From assembly GCF_963921235.1 (NCBI RefSeq), contig NC_086097.1:14880001-14944000 (forward strand): a stretch of 64,000 nt of DNA, in the 5' to 3' direction. Shown piece after piece: positions 12,466 through 24,428 of the stretch (positions within the stretch are counted from its first letter, which is position 1; each line of letters opens with the position of its first letter). The translations under genes and the position numbers were made by a program. Below the pieces are notes generated by a model. It was not told the DNA's origin and searched no databases. It worked only from the letters and a program-made list of their open reading frames with translations. This DNA is from Mobula hypostoma. Its lineage: Eukaryota.

Positions 12466-13183
12466 GTTTTGTACAATAAGCATCAATTCCTATCCTGTTT
12501 GATTGAATCACTCAGCTTTACATGCCCTTTTTAGTAAATCCAACAATAATTTAAGAAAAATAGAAAATCTTCTGATGAGTTATGTCTTTGTTTTAAAATT
12601 TGTTCTGTACATGAGATTTTCCATATCTTTGACTTAATGTGAGGGCATTGCTTAAAGGGTGAAATTACATGGACAGGCTCTCCAGGCTTGCCCTTGGGTT
12701 TACTATCTGCAGGATGATGAGAGGTACCTAAAAAGAGCAAAATTTCAACAGAGTGTCTGTGGATAAACTATTTACACTGGTCGTTGTCCTGTGATTAGGC
12801 TAGGATGAAATTCGGGGATGAAATGCTGGGAGGCACAACACTAAAGACCGGAAACGCCTGTCCCACGTTGTATCTCAATAAATAAATAAAACAATCTCAG
12901 AGCAAACATACAAAGAAGGGAAAATAGGAAGTAATACCAGAATCATTTTTACTATCACTGGTATACATCATGAAGTTTGTTGTTTTGCAGTATAACAGTG
13001 CAAATCATAACAAAAAACTATAGATTTTAATAAGATATATAATTATTAGTGCAAAAGGAGAGCAAAAATAAGTAATAAAAAGTGTAAACAACAGGAATTC
13101 TGCAGATGCTGGAAATTCAAGCAACACACATCAAAGTTGCTGGTGAATGCAGCAGGCCAAGCAGCATCTATAGGAAGAGGCGC

Positions 13184-13219
13184 AGTCGACGTTTCAGGCC
13201 GAGACCCTTCGTCAGGACT
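13184..13219 (-). ncRNA. Minimal type I hammerhead ribozyme motif, on the SETD3 sense strand
   Basis: Exact reverse complement of 13230-13265. Confidence 0.75.
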
Positions 13220-13229
13220 TCCTTCAGTT

Positions 13230-13265
13230 AGTCCTGACGAAGGGTCTCGGCCTGAAACGTCGACT
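13230..13265 (+). ncRNA. Minimal type I hammerhead ribozyme motif (Penelope-associated)
   Basis: AGUC-CUGACGA-AGGGUCUCGGCCU-GAAAC-GUC-GACU. Stem I is AGUC/GACU, stem II is short, and stem III is reduced to the palindrome ACGU. Predicted cleavage after 13261. Confidence 0.75.
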
Positions 13266-13461
13266 GCGCCTCTTCCTATAGATGCTGCTTGGCCTGCTGC
13301 GTTCACCAGCAACTTTGATGTGTGTTGCTTTAATAAAAAGTGTGGTATTTTACATGGATTCATTATCCATTCAAAAATCTGATGGCGGTGGGGAAGAAGC
13401 TATTCCTGAATCGTTCAGTGTACGTCTTCAGGCTCCTTTGCCTCCTCCTTAATGGTAGCAT

Positions 13462-13700
13462 GAAATCCGGAGTAACACACATAAAATGCTGGAGGAACTC
13501 AGCAGGTCAAGTAACATCTATAGAAACGAATGAAGTGTCAATCTTTCGGACCGACACCCTTCATCAGGAATCTTGAAGGGTCTCAGCTTGAAATGTCGAC
13601 TCTTTATTTCTTTCCTTTGATGCTACCTGACCTGCTGAGTTCCTCTGGCATTTTGTACGTGTTACTCCGGATTTCAAGCATCCGCAGCATCTCCTGTGGT
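13462..13700. mobile_element. Older fold-back Penelope-like insertion
   Basis: Arms GAAATCCGGAGTAACAC... and ...GTGTTACTCCGGATTTC (13462-13675), centre ~13570, hammerhead motifs decayed. No TSD recognised. Confidence 0.75.
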
Positions 13701-14699
13701 TGTGTTAGGAAAAATTGAAAATTGAAAGCACTACTTCCACACAAAGGAAATTTGAAACCACTTTCCCACAAAATTACAGGTGTTAAGTTAGTTGATTTTT
13801 TTTAAACATCAAAAATCATTTTTGCTGGTGTAAGGTCTCAAGAGTGGCAATGAAAATAAAGATCAATAAATGGGAGTCAAGATGATTATCTGCCAGATCT
13901 GGGTGAATGTTGCAAAAGGCTCAGGAGGCTGAGTAAATGAATCGTAACCAATGTGAACCCAGAGACAAAGATCCTGTTCTGGCTAACCTCCTCAGCTTCC
14001 TTGAGGCAGTAACCTCTCAAGGGAACCCTCAGATTTACAGAAGGTATTGGCAAAGTTCCTCATGATCAGTAATTAGTCAAACTCAGAGCAGTGCAGATTC
14101 AAGGTGAACGTGACGTTTGAAGGGGTGGATGAAGAGAGAAAAGAAAATATGCAAAAGCATGGTTATGGCAATGAAGGGATGGAGAAAATAGCAGTAAGTG
14201 GGGTTCCTGCTTTATTAGTGTCGAGAATATCAGAGCTCATAAATGTAAATATCTCAGACTGAGGAGCTTATGCAAAGTGGTCACATTTCCTCATGAGCTA
14301 CCTGTGATGTTGGCAGTGGGGAGAGATGAAAGCAGTACAACCAGGGTCTAAACGTAGAATGAATTTGGCAAAATAAGCAAGGAAACAGACATGCAAGATA
14401 TAATTTAACACAGAGAACTGTACAATATTACAATGAAAAAATAAGCAATACACGCACTTCATGAAGGAATGTTATTTCACAACTTTTAAATATTTAAATA
14501 CTCTAAACAGCTTCAGAGCAAGACAGTTTTCAAATGTGCCTTGCTGTCATGTGCAAATTTGTACAGAGTAGTCCGAGAAAGAGCAATCCGATAATGGAAT
14601 TTTAAAATTTGTAATGCATTTCTCTACTGAAAGGGGCATTGTCACAGGGCAGGAGTGAAGAACACACTTCATGAGGATACAAATTAAATAATTACATTC

Positions 14700-16090
14700 C
14701 TTCAATGGGCAGTCAACACTGCCCAAAACATCACTGGCTCCAGCCTACCTGCCATCAAGGACATATTTACAGAAAGGTGTCAGAGAAAGGCCAGCCAAAT
14801 CGTGAAGCATCCCATACCCACCCCCCCCCCCACCCCCACCTCCTCTCATAGACTGTTTGTCCCACTCCTATCAGGAAGGAGGCTATGTCGCATCCATGTC
14901 AGGACCACCAGACTCAAAAACAATTACTTAACCCAAGCAGTAAGGCTAATCATCACCTCCACCTGCTAACCCAACCCTCTAACACCCCAATCATCACTGC
15001 TTTATCATTTCCTACCAGTCGCCTTATGTTCAGACACTCCTGTGTCTAGCGTCACTTTATGGACATATAATCAATCTCTTAGACAGGGATGCGTTGCCTC
15101 ACCGGAATTATTTACTATCTATAGTGAAATGGTTCTCAGAGAAATAAAAGACCCAGATGGGATAAAAATTGGAGGTGTTAATATCAACAATATAAGATAT
15201 GCAGACGATACCATCCTAATAGCAAGTGCTGCAGAAGACCTACAAATCCTCCTAGACAAAGTAGTACAAACAAGTACAGATTTTGGTCTAACTGTCAACT
15301 GTAAAAAAAAACAAATGTATGGTAAATATCAAAAAAGCAGGATACTCCCAACTGCTAAGTGTACATCGATAACCAAGAGAGATTGAACAAATGACCAGCT
15401 TTAATTACCTTGGTAGCTTTAGATCACAAGGTGCTAGAAGTAAAGTGGAAATAAAAAGAGGAATTCCCATTGCCAAAACCAACTTCCAAAAAATGAAACC
15501 CATTTTTACCAACAGCCACACTTCTATGACAACAAGGCTTAGGCTACTGAAATGTTACGTCTGGTCAATCTTGCTGTATGCTTCCGAAACATGGACTATA
15601 ACACCAGAACTCCAAAGAAACTTAGAAGCAACAGAAATGTGCTTTCTTAGAAGAATGCTGAAAATATCATATAGAGATAGGGTAACTAATGAGACGGTAC
15701 TCCAACATGCCGATACAAAAAGATCTTTAATAAGAACATTAAATGAGAGGAAACTTAAATTTCTGGGCCATGTAAAGGGAGAAATAGAATGCCTTACTTT
15801 ATAAGGCCGTATGCCTGGGTAACGCGGAAGAGGAAGGCAAAGAAGAAAATATATGGGCACTGTGAAAGAACTAACAGATCTAAGTGTGCGAGGTATCATT
15901 GACGCTGCATGGGATCGTTCGATGTGGAGAGCCATGATCGCCCAAGCGTGTAACGCGCAAGGCACATGAAGAAGAATCAATCTCGATATATAAGCTATCT
16001 TATGTATTTATATTTATTGTGTTCTTTATCTAATGTTGTTTTTGTGTTGCATCAGATCCATAATTATTTTGTTCTTCCTTACACTTGTCT
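14700..16090 (+). mobile_element. Rex1/Babar-like 3' fragment, interrupted by an RTE LINE
   Basis: Colinear with 11490-11935 on both sides of the 15079-15974 insertion. Confidence 0.75.
15079..15974 (+). mobile_element. 5'-truncated RTE-clade LINE (RT C-half, frameshifted)
   Basis: LRQGCVASPELFTIYSE...INNIRYADD...FNYLGS...LLYASETWT...GxRGRGRQR; (GAA)n tail; TSD AATCAATCTC at 15069-15078 and 15975-15984. Confidence 0.92.
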
Positions 16091-16094
16091 ACCG

Positions 16095-16890
16095 GAAGAC
16101 CAAGGACCTGATTATTGACTTCAGGAGGAGGAAACGCGAGGTCCATGAGCCAGTCCTCATCAGGGGATCAAAGGTGGAGAGGGTCAGAAACTTTAAATTC
16201 ACTTCAGAAGATCTGTCCTGGGTCCAGCATGTAAATGCTATTATGAAGAGAGCACAGCAGTGCCTCTACTTCCTTAGAAGTTTGTGAAGATTTGGAATGA
16301 CATCTAAAAGTTCTATAGATGTGTGGTAGTAAGTATATTGGCCGGTTGCATCATGGCCCGGTATAGGAACACCAATGCCAAAGTAAAATCCTACAAAAAG
16401 TAATGGATTCGGCACAGTTCATCACTTGTAAAGCCCTCCTCACCATGGAGTACATCTACATGGACTGTACAGGAAAGCAGCATTCATCATCAAAGGGGTG
16501 GTACAGGACCTTCAGGACCCACAACATGAGGTTCAGGAACAGTTATGAACTGCGCCCCCCCCCCCACAAACATCAGATTCAGGAACCAGAGTTTCACTCA
16601 CTCCATCACTGAACTGTTCCCACAACCTACTGATTCACTTGTAATGATTCTTCTTCTCATGTTCTCAATATTAATTATCTATCTATTTATTTATTACTGT
16701 TTCTTTTGTATCTGCACTGTTTGTTACCTTTTGCGCATTAGTTGTTTGACTATCCTGTTGGGTGTGGTCTTTCAATGATTCTATTGTGATTCTTGGATTT
16801 ACAGTGAATGCCTGCAAGAAAATTAATCTCAGGATTGTATATGGTGACGTATATTTACTTTGATAGTAAATTTACATTGAATTTACTTTG
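16095..16890 (+). mobile_element. Rex1/Babar-like LINE 3' fragment
   Basis: KTKDLIIDFRR...VERVRNFKF...KRAQQCLYFLRSL; tail ends aataaatttacattgaatttactttg-like. Confidence 0.85.
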
Positions 16891-18139
16891 GACTTTGATA
16901 ATAAATGAGGACCTGCATTGGCCATGATGCTCAAGAAATGAACATGTCATCTCGACCCGAAGTCCACTGCCAGGTTTGTAATGAAAGGACAAGTTAAATG
17001 ACGTATAGAGCCCATGACTAAAAATTTTTGACTTTTCAATATAGGGGCTAACAACCAAGGTCCATGCTGTAAGGACTAATTTGAGTTGAAACAGCTATTG
17101 ATCATTTAAATCTGGAAAACCAGAGCTGCTCCAAGCAAGTTATCCTTTGGAAATGTGCTTACCTGAGCTCAAAGTGAACAGGACCAGTAGCACTCCTCCT
17201 GAACAAGCAAATAAAGAATGCCGGCCAGTATCACTCCCACTAACCCCCTGTAACAAGGATTAGCCCTCAAGTATTAATCCTCAACAATAACGATCAATTA
17301 CGCACAGAGAGGATCTGTATTTATTGATAAGTACCTTTATTATCTCAACTAACAAGCATGTGAATTTCCAGAACTGAATACTTGTGTGCACATCCACTGA
17401 GCAGTACCTCAGATTTACAAAGGAGGATCCATTAGAGGTGCATTGAAATATGAATTATTCAACAATAAATAAAATGAAGCAAGAGTGTGATTGGGTGATG
17501 TTACAAAGGTAGAAATAGGCAATGGAAATTGATGTGGTCTGGAGGTCATCTCAGAGTCAAACATAACCTGAAGATCATGAACAATATGGTTCGGTTTCAG
17601 ACAGATGACTGTCTGAGGGTCAAATGTATTGGCTTATTACCAATTTATGACAGTAACCAAAGATAATGACATCAGTCTCTAATGTTTTGTGGGAAATTTC
17701 CACTTACCCAGTCCAGTGTTGAAAGCATGGCAATTTGGAAGGAATTAGGGAGGTCAAGAAAATGCTAAAAGTTATTTCTGGAGCCATCATTGTACATTTG
17801 GAAAACCACCGTGACTTTGTGTGATGCCACCAGGGGAAAGAACGCAGATAAGAAAATATGTTGGGTGAAACAAGTCCTCAGGGAGAGTCCAAAGGGAACA
17901 GTAGAAAAGTGAGACTGGAAGATATTGGAGGTGAATCTCTGGCTACAAATGCAAAATATGAATGCAGCCATGGTGTAAACCTAACACAGCTGGTCAACTG
18001 CAGAGAGGCACTTGAAGAGAAAATGACAGAATTGAAGATGAAATCATTCGCATTTGTCCTGTATTTTTCCAGTTTTAGATTTGGAAAAATGAGGTTTATT
18101 ATCAGAGTTCATTTTATTTATCACATGTATATCAAACCT

Positions 18140-18560
18140 CCAAGAAGACCACAAACTTGTCATAGTTTGGAGGCTTGCGTGCCTCAGTGACCCAGACATC
18201 TGTGTCGGCTGGAGTCAGGACTTTATGCTTTGGCTCTTGGTAGGGTCACCAATGCCAAACAGGTCAAAGGGTAGAGGACAGACCAAGAATGGTCCACTGG
18301 TCCTCCAGGTTCGAGGGTTCAGCTCAGGGCTAAGAACGCTGTTGTTTCCGTAACAATTTTGTTTGACCAGTCAATGAAGAATCCCATATCTGAATGTGAT
18401 GGCTTTCCTGAGTCTCCCCACAGGACTTGTGTGACTGACAATAGTGAAAACTGAGAAGAAGCTACTGACATGATGAAGGAAGTCCTGAACACCGCCAGAG
18501 ATGGAGGACCTTCAGTGCTGCCCTAAATGCCAGCAGCATAATGGGCAGAAAGTAAGTACA
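18140..18560 (+). mobile_element. Bipartite RTE/Expander-like non-autonomous element
   Basis: The 5' part resembles RTE/Expander 5' UTRs as I recall them (ggtagggtcaccaatgccaaacaggtc). The 3' part gagatggaggaccttcagtgctgccctaaatgcc...aagtaagta resembles an RTE ORF end and tail. Confidence 0.55.
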
Positions 18561-20029
18561 TTGAAATATACAGCAAAGTGTGTCAGTTGCTCCCAGGGTG
18601 TGCTAGGGGCTGCCCCCACGTGCTGCTAAACATTCTGGCACCAACATAGTATGCCGACAATGCTTGGCAGATCACAACAAACAATAAAAGAACAGCAAAA
18701 CAAGCCCCATTCCTCCCTGCCACCCACCTACCCATACAAATACATGATTCTCCACGACAGGACAGGTCATTTCCAGCCTCCAAAGGACTCGCAGATTTGC
18801 AGATTCACAGAGTAGGCACCTTGAGATAAATACTCTCGAAGCACTTGGGGCAGAACTAATGTAAGAGGAATCATCTGCCTAGCTCATCCTTTGTTGAAAG
18901 TAAATACAAACATAGGCTTCACCATTAAGGTCTGATACAACTAACAGCTGGAATCCAAAATTAGAACAAAAGGAGGGGAAGAAACAGCCCATAAATAAAG
19001 AGCAGGTTACTCAAATCCTTTTAAAGCCTTTTACTTGAAAAAAATAGATAACACTAACAGGGAAAAGGACAATATTAATAGCAGTTCTCAATATATCTGA
19101 ATGACAAATCAAAGTAGCCTTTTAACAATTACTGTAAAGGCAATAAATAAAAGCATTTGCCATCCTTACTGCTGACCCAGTATTACTTAGGAAAATCTGA
19201 GAAATAGCAAAAGATAGTCATTGATGACTGAAGTAAATTATGTGGATGAAGAGACACAAATGAGCCAGGGCACCATTATACATCCACAGCTGGCCAATGT
19301 CCACAAAGACTTGTCAGCAGCAAGTTCAAAACCTCACTGATGCTGTAGATCATAAGAATTGCTTCACGGATGATCTCACTTCAAGAATTCATTATAACTT
19401 ATTCAGATTTTTCTTGTAATTCAAGAGAGTCAGTTTGAGTTTTCCCATTACTGGCGGCCTCTAAAGTCCAGCCCTGTGTCCCCATCGTGAGGGGTGGAAA
19501 TGAGTAAGGCTGGCCAGCTGTTGAAGCTGTATAGGCCAATGCCCTGTACAGAAACATTGATGAACTCCAATCACACCATTGAGGAGCGGGGAGGTCATCA
19601 ATGGCCTATGCTCTACTGTGAGCCAAGGGCTCAACAAGACGACGGCATTACTGGCTGCTGACTGGGTGGCATAGTGTTACACCTCACAGAGCTGCCTCGC
19701 AGGACCAGGGACCAGGGTCAACCTGGACCTCCAGGTGCTGCCTGTGTGGGTTTCCACTCACATCCCACAAAAAAAAGTGTACGTGGATAGGGTAATAGAT
19801 ATCTGTAAAATGTAGATGAGTGGGGGGGAGGGGGAGAGAGAATAAGGGAAGAGTAGGTTAGGATAGGATTGTTGTAAACACGCTTTCTAAGTGCTCAGCG
19901 TAGACTTGATAACACAAATAGTCTGCTTCCATGCTTTCTCTCTCTATGATTCCACTGGTCTGGTCATAGCGAGATCCACACCGACCACACCCACACCCAC
20001 CACCGTACAATGCAGGAGTTAGGTTTTAC

Positions 20030-20115
20030 CTTCAGTCATGGAAAACACCCGGAGGAAAGCCAACAGCTGGGCTGAGATTGGAGGCTCACTGCAATGCAGA
20101 GCAAATACACTGGAC
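20030..20115 (-). CDS. SETD3: SETD3 coding exon (86 bp), SSVFALHCSEPPISAQLLAFLRVFSMTE
   Basis: Translated by hand; matches SETD3 SSVFALHFTEPPISAQLLAFLRVFCMTE. Acceptor CCTCAG, donor GTAAAA; phases fit both neighbours. Confidence 0.97.
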
Positions 20116-20349
20116 CTGAGGGAAGCACAGAGATATCAGAGTTTATAATAATAACAACAACTTATTTACAGAGCACTTTTCACACAGATCTGCTTTACAA
20201 TGGGATAAAGTACAAACATGAAGAAAACTGATTAAAAAAAGATGTTAGCTAAAAGCAAAGTTAAGTAAATAGTTCATTCCTGGTGTTTAAAAGTGTCAAG
20301 TGAGTCTGCATCCCTTGTAGTTTTACTTATTGAATTTCACAGTTTAGGA

Positions 20350-20940
20350 CTGTGACATGCCAATTATCTTTTGCCTCCACTACATTGGTGAAACCTGCCG
20401 TAAATTGGGAACTGCTTCATTGAGAACCTCTGCTCCATCCACCAAAAGCAACTTCCCATTGGCCAAACATGTTAATTCCAGTTCCAACATGTCGGTCCAT
20501 GGTCTCCTATTGTGCATAGATGAAGCCACCCTCAGGGTGGAGGAGCAACATCTTATATTAAATCTGGGTAGCCTCCAACCAGATGGCATCAATATCAATT
20601 TCTTCTTCCAGTAAAAGAAATTTTTCCTCCCCCTCTCTGGTCTTTTACCTCTTCTCACTTACCTATCACTTCCCTTTGGGTCCCCTCCTCCTTCCCTTTC
20701 GTCTATGGTCCACTCTTCTCTCCTATAGGAATCCTTCTTCTCCAGCCATTGACCTTTCCCATCTACCTGACTTCACCTATCACCTTCCAGCTATCCTCTC
20801 ACCACCCCCCCCCCACCTTTTAATATTGTTGTCTTCCCCCCTTCTTTTCAGTCCTGAAGAAGGGACTCGGGCCAAAACATCGACTGTTCATCGATGCTGC
20901 CTGACCTGTTCAGTTCCTCCTGTATATTGCGTGTGCAGCT
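20350..20940 (+). mobile_element. Penelope-like element 3' portion: GIY-YIG endonuclease remnant, pyrimidine-rich UTR and decayed hammerhead motif
   Basis: ORF 20357..20614 'CLHYIGETCRKLG...AKHVNS...MSVHGL...LRVEEQHLILNLGSLQPDGINI'. CAGTC-CTGAAGA-AGGGACTCGGGCC-AAAACATC-GACTG at 20849-20886. Confidence 0.88.
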
Positions 20941-22119
20941 TTTGAGGGACTGTTTACATTTAAGAGACCGGCAGAAGAAAACCTGCGAGCTTGAGCAGGG
21001 TTTTAAAATGAAAACAATTTTGTGATGTACTCCGGTCCCATCATCAGCTTCTACAATGGCACCAAATCTGAGCACAGGCTGATTACGTTTCCCCTGTAAT
21101 GGCGTTAGATTTTCACTCTTGCAGCTCACAATAAAGTACCAGTAGACAGAACAGCACATCACTAAAGGACGATTCAACTCAGCTATTTAAGTTAATAGAT
21201 AGTAATCTAGTTGGGCTGCATTATTAATGTACAATCTAATGCAGCCGATATCTAGTAATTAAGCTTTCAGTGTGTGCGTTTGTTCTGCTCTGGAAATTGA
21301 AAAAGTGAGAACTGAACCCAAGGAATACTGATCATTATCCTTTTTGGTGATTTTTCGGTGCACTCCCTGGTACTTTTGTCCTGCAGTGCAATACAGCTTT
21401 CTTTTAGCTGGGAAACACGATGAGAGATCTTACGGCTTGAGTTTGCTGTAAGTGGTATTCCTGTACTCAGTTAACAAGAAGTAGAATATAACCAAGAAAT
21501 AAACAATCTGCTGGGGGAACTCAGCAGGTCAAGCAGCAACTAAAGGGGGAAAGAATTTGTTGAAGATTCAAGTAAAAACTTTGCATTAGGACCAATTAGG
21601 ATTCCGGCTTCTGTAGCCTCTTTTATGTCCTTGGATATACAGTACCAAGATTAATCAAATCAGTGAGTGAGGAGTGAAAAGAGAACAGTTGTTGTTAAGG
21701 CTTTATTGTAGAGCAATAGGACACACGTCATGCTAGGTATAATGATTTCTTATTGATCTGGGCAGAAGCCATATGGAAGATTGGGACATTCACAGGAAAA
21801 TCTTTCTCATAGAGAACAGCTATGAACACCTTGGCTAGTCAAGGATTTTACACAGTGAATTTGTGATCAGAGAAAATTGTACTAAACATTTTTTTTGTTT
21901 TGGGGCACTTCTTGCTTTTAACCAGTTCAGTTTTATCACTCAAATCCACTTCAGTTGGTACTGCTATGTAAAGAAAACTCCACATTTCTTTGGACCTAAT
22001 GAGATATTAAAATGAGGGAAAATGAAAAACTGCCCACGTTCAAATTAACCAGAATTGGTATCAGAACTTGATATTAGGGGAACCAGGATGTTTTATCCCA
22101 TTAATGCTATAAATAATAC

Positions 22120-22380
22120 GGCCATAAGCCATTCAGCCTATTGAGTCTGTTTTGTCATTCAACCATAGCTGCTTTATTATCCCTTTCACCCCATTCTTCT
22201 GCCTTCTCTTCGAAACCTTTGATGCCCTCACTAACGAAGAGGCTATCAACCTCTGCTTTAAATATATCCAATGACTTGGCCTCTACAGCCATATGTGGCC
22301 ATGAGTTCTGCAGATTCACCACTCTCTGGGTGAAGCAATTCCTCATCTGAGTTCTAAATGGATGCCCCTCTATTCTGAGG
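22120..22380 (-). mobile_element. CR1 3' fragment
   Basis: ORF 22155..22346 MRNCFTQRVVNLQNSWP...EAKSLDIFKAEVD. Confidence 0.85.
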
Positions 22381-23689
22381 AATAATATGACTCAGGCAAG
22401 GATGAGGTCAGTTCAGTGTTAAGTTTCATCTCTGTAAGGCTGTCTTTTGGAATCACAGAAAATGTTCTGAAGCACGTAGCATTTTGGAGAACACATTATA
22501 TCTGCTTCCTTTATTAACTATTACTTTAATTAGTTGTGATACATACTCAAAATGAAAAGGCAGAGCATGTAAAAAATGAACACTTCTGTCAGAGAAGCAC
22601 AGAATCTTTATGGTGAATGCAGCATTTAATTTGTTCTGATCAATTTAACTCACTAGAAGTTTCAGAAATAATACAATCCTCGTCCGGCAGAAGAACCTAG
22701 ACTGCACTTAAAGCTTGGGGAAACAGATACTTGGTGGGTAGAAAATGTACTTTGTCAGTCCATGGAAAGTCTGAATTAACCATGTCAAAGCTTCGTGCAT
22801 CAATTTAGAACATACATAAATAAAGAAAAAGTCTTCAGCTCCTCAATTTACTTCCAGTTTCTCTTTTATTAATTGAAGTACATTCAGCCTATTCACCTAA
22901 CGTTATAAATTAGCTCTGAATCAGAAATTTATGGCACAGAAACTACTAACTCTGCTCATGGTGTACACATGCTCAGTCGAGAAACAGCTACTCAGACTAA
23001 TTAGAGTTCCTCATTCTCCATCAGACCAAAGACACAAGAGCAGAATTAGGCCATTCGGCCCATCAAGTCTGCTCCACCATTCCACTGTGGCTGATCTATT
23101 ATCCCTCTCAACCCCATTTCTCCTGCTTTCACCATGTAACCTTTGATGCTCTGACTAATCAAGAACTTATTAGCCAGTATCCTGGCCAGCTACGGCATGT
23201 GAACTGTCCACAGACTTACTGAACATGATGAGTGTGTGCAAACACACCAGCAGCTGTTAGCGAAACTCAGTTAACACATTCCTGGTTGCGGAACCTCAGG
23301 AAATGTGAACTGAATTACCTTAAACCTATTGGCCTCCTTGCAAGGGGTCATTCCTATTCAGCACATTTAGGACATTCAGTTTTACATACTTCAGTTAAAT
23401 CTCTCACAGTCCTTTGTCTCCGACAAACAATTACATTTTAGGCAATCTTTCCTCAAAGCTAATCCTTATGGATCAGTCCTGCACCTTCTTTCATGCTATC
23501 AGATTCTTCCTGCAAAGTAACAACCAGAAATTACAGATGTGGTCAAAGGAGCTTTAAAGTTTAGTTTTATTTGTCACATGTACATGGAAACATAGTGAAA
23601 TGAATTGTTTGTGTCAATGACCAACACAATCTGAGATGTGCAGTGGACAGGCCACATGGATCACTACGCTCCAGGCACCAACATAGCAC

Positions 23690-23860
23690 GGTTATAATTT
23701 ATTGGTCCTAACCCACACCTCTTTGAAATGTGGGAGGAAACTGGAGCATCTGGAGGAAACTCACATAGTCAGGGGGAGGACGTACAAATTCTTTACTGAC
23801 AACAGAGGGAATTGAGCCACGTTCTTAACGCTGGATCTAACCACTGCACTACCATGCCGG
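23690..23860 (-). mobile_element. V-SINE fragment
   Basis: tgtgggaggaaactggagcatctggaggaaactcaca core. Confidence 0.7.
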
Positions 23861-24279
23861 TGAGACCTGATTTCCCTGCCTCGGCCGAAATCCTGAATGC
23901 CATCTTAACCACATTATTTTCCCATTCCCCCATGAGTGGGCCACATCTTATCCCATGTTTACAGAGATCATAATTCCCTATTTGTTGCCACCCATTTAGC
24001 ACAATTAAAGATGGTGACCTTTTGAATTTACTGCTGGCAGAAGCCTCATCATCAGCCGTTTGAGAAATTGTGGCTGTATTGCCCATGGGCCTCCACTGAT
24101 TAAAACTAATGGACAGGAAACCATGGGAGATGCAGACCTCACCAGCAAAATTGGGAAATGAATGCCATTGAAGTATATTAAACAATTCATAATTGGATAT
24201 TTCTTTAATGATGGAAAAAGTAAATATATTATTATATACACTTTTCAGAACAAACTGAATTTGTTTGCTGTAATAATTA

Positions 24280-24428
24280 AACTGCTGGAGGAACTCAGTA
24301 GGTCAAATATCATTTGGTCAAAACTCTTGCATCAGGCCTCTGCTTCCACAGTCGCTGCCTGCATGACTGAGTTCCTCCAGGACTTTATATTTTGGCCCAG
24401 ATTCCAGCACCTACAATCCCTGTGTCTC
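24280..24428. mobile_element. Highly decayed fold-back Penelope-like insertion
   Basis: CTGGAGGAACTCAGT ... ACTGAGTTCCTCCAG inverted pair, followed by the family 3' end. Confidence 0.6.

Larger units (their letters stand above)
13086..13330. mobile_element. Young fold-back Penelope-like 3'-end insertion with 13-bp TSD
   Basis: 101-bp arms at 13119-13219 and 13230-13330 with a single mismatch and a 10-nt spacer. TSD TAATAAAAAGTGT at 13073-13085 and 13331-13343. Confidence 0.92.
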
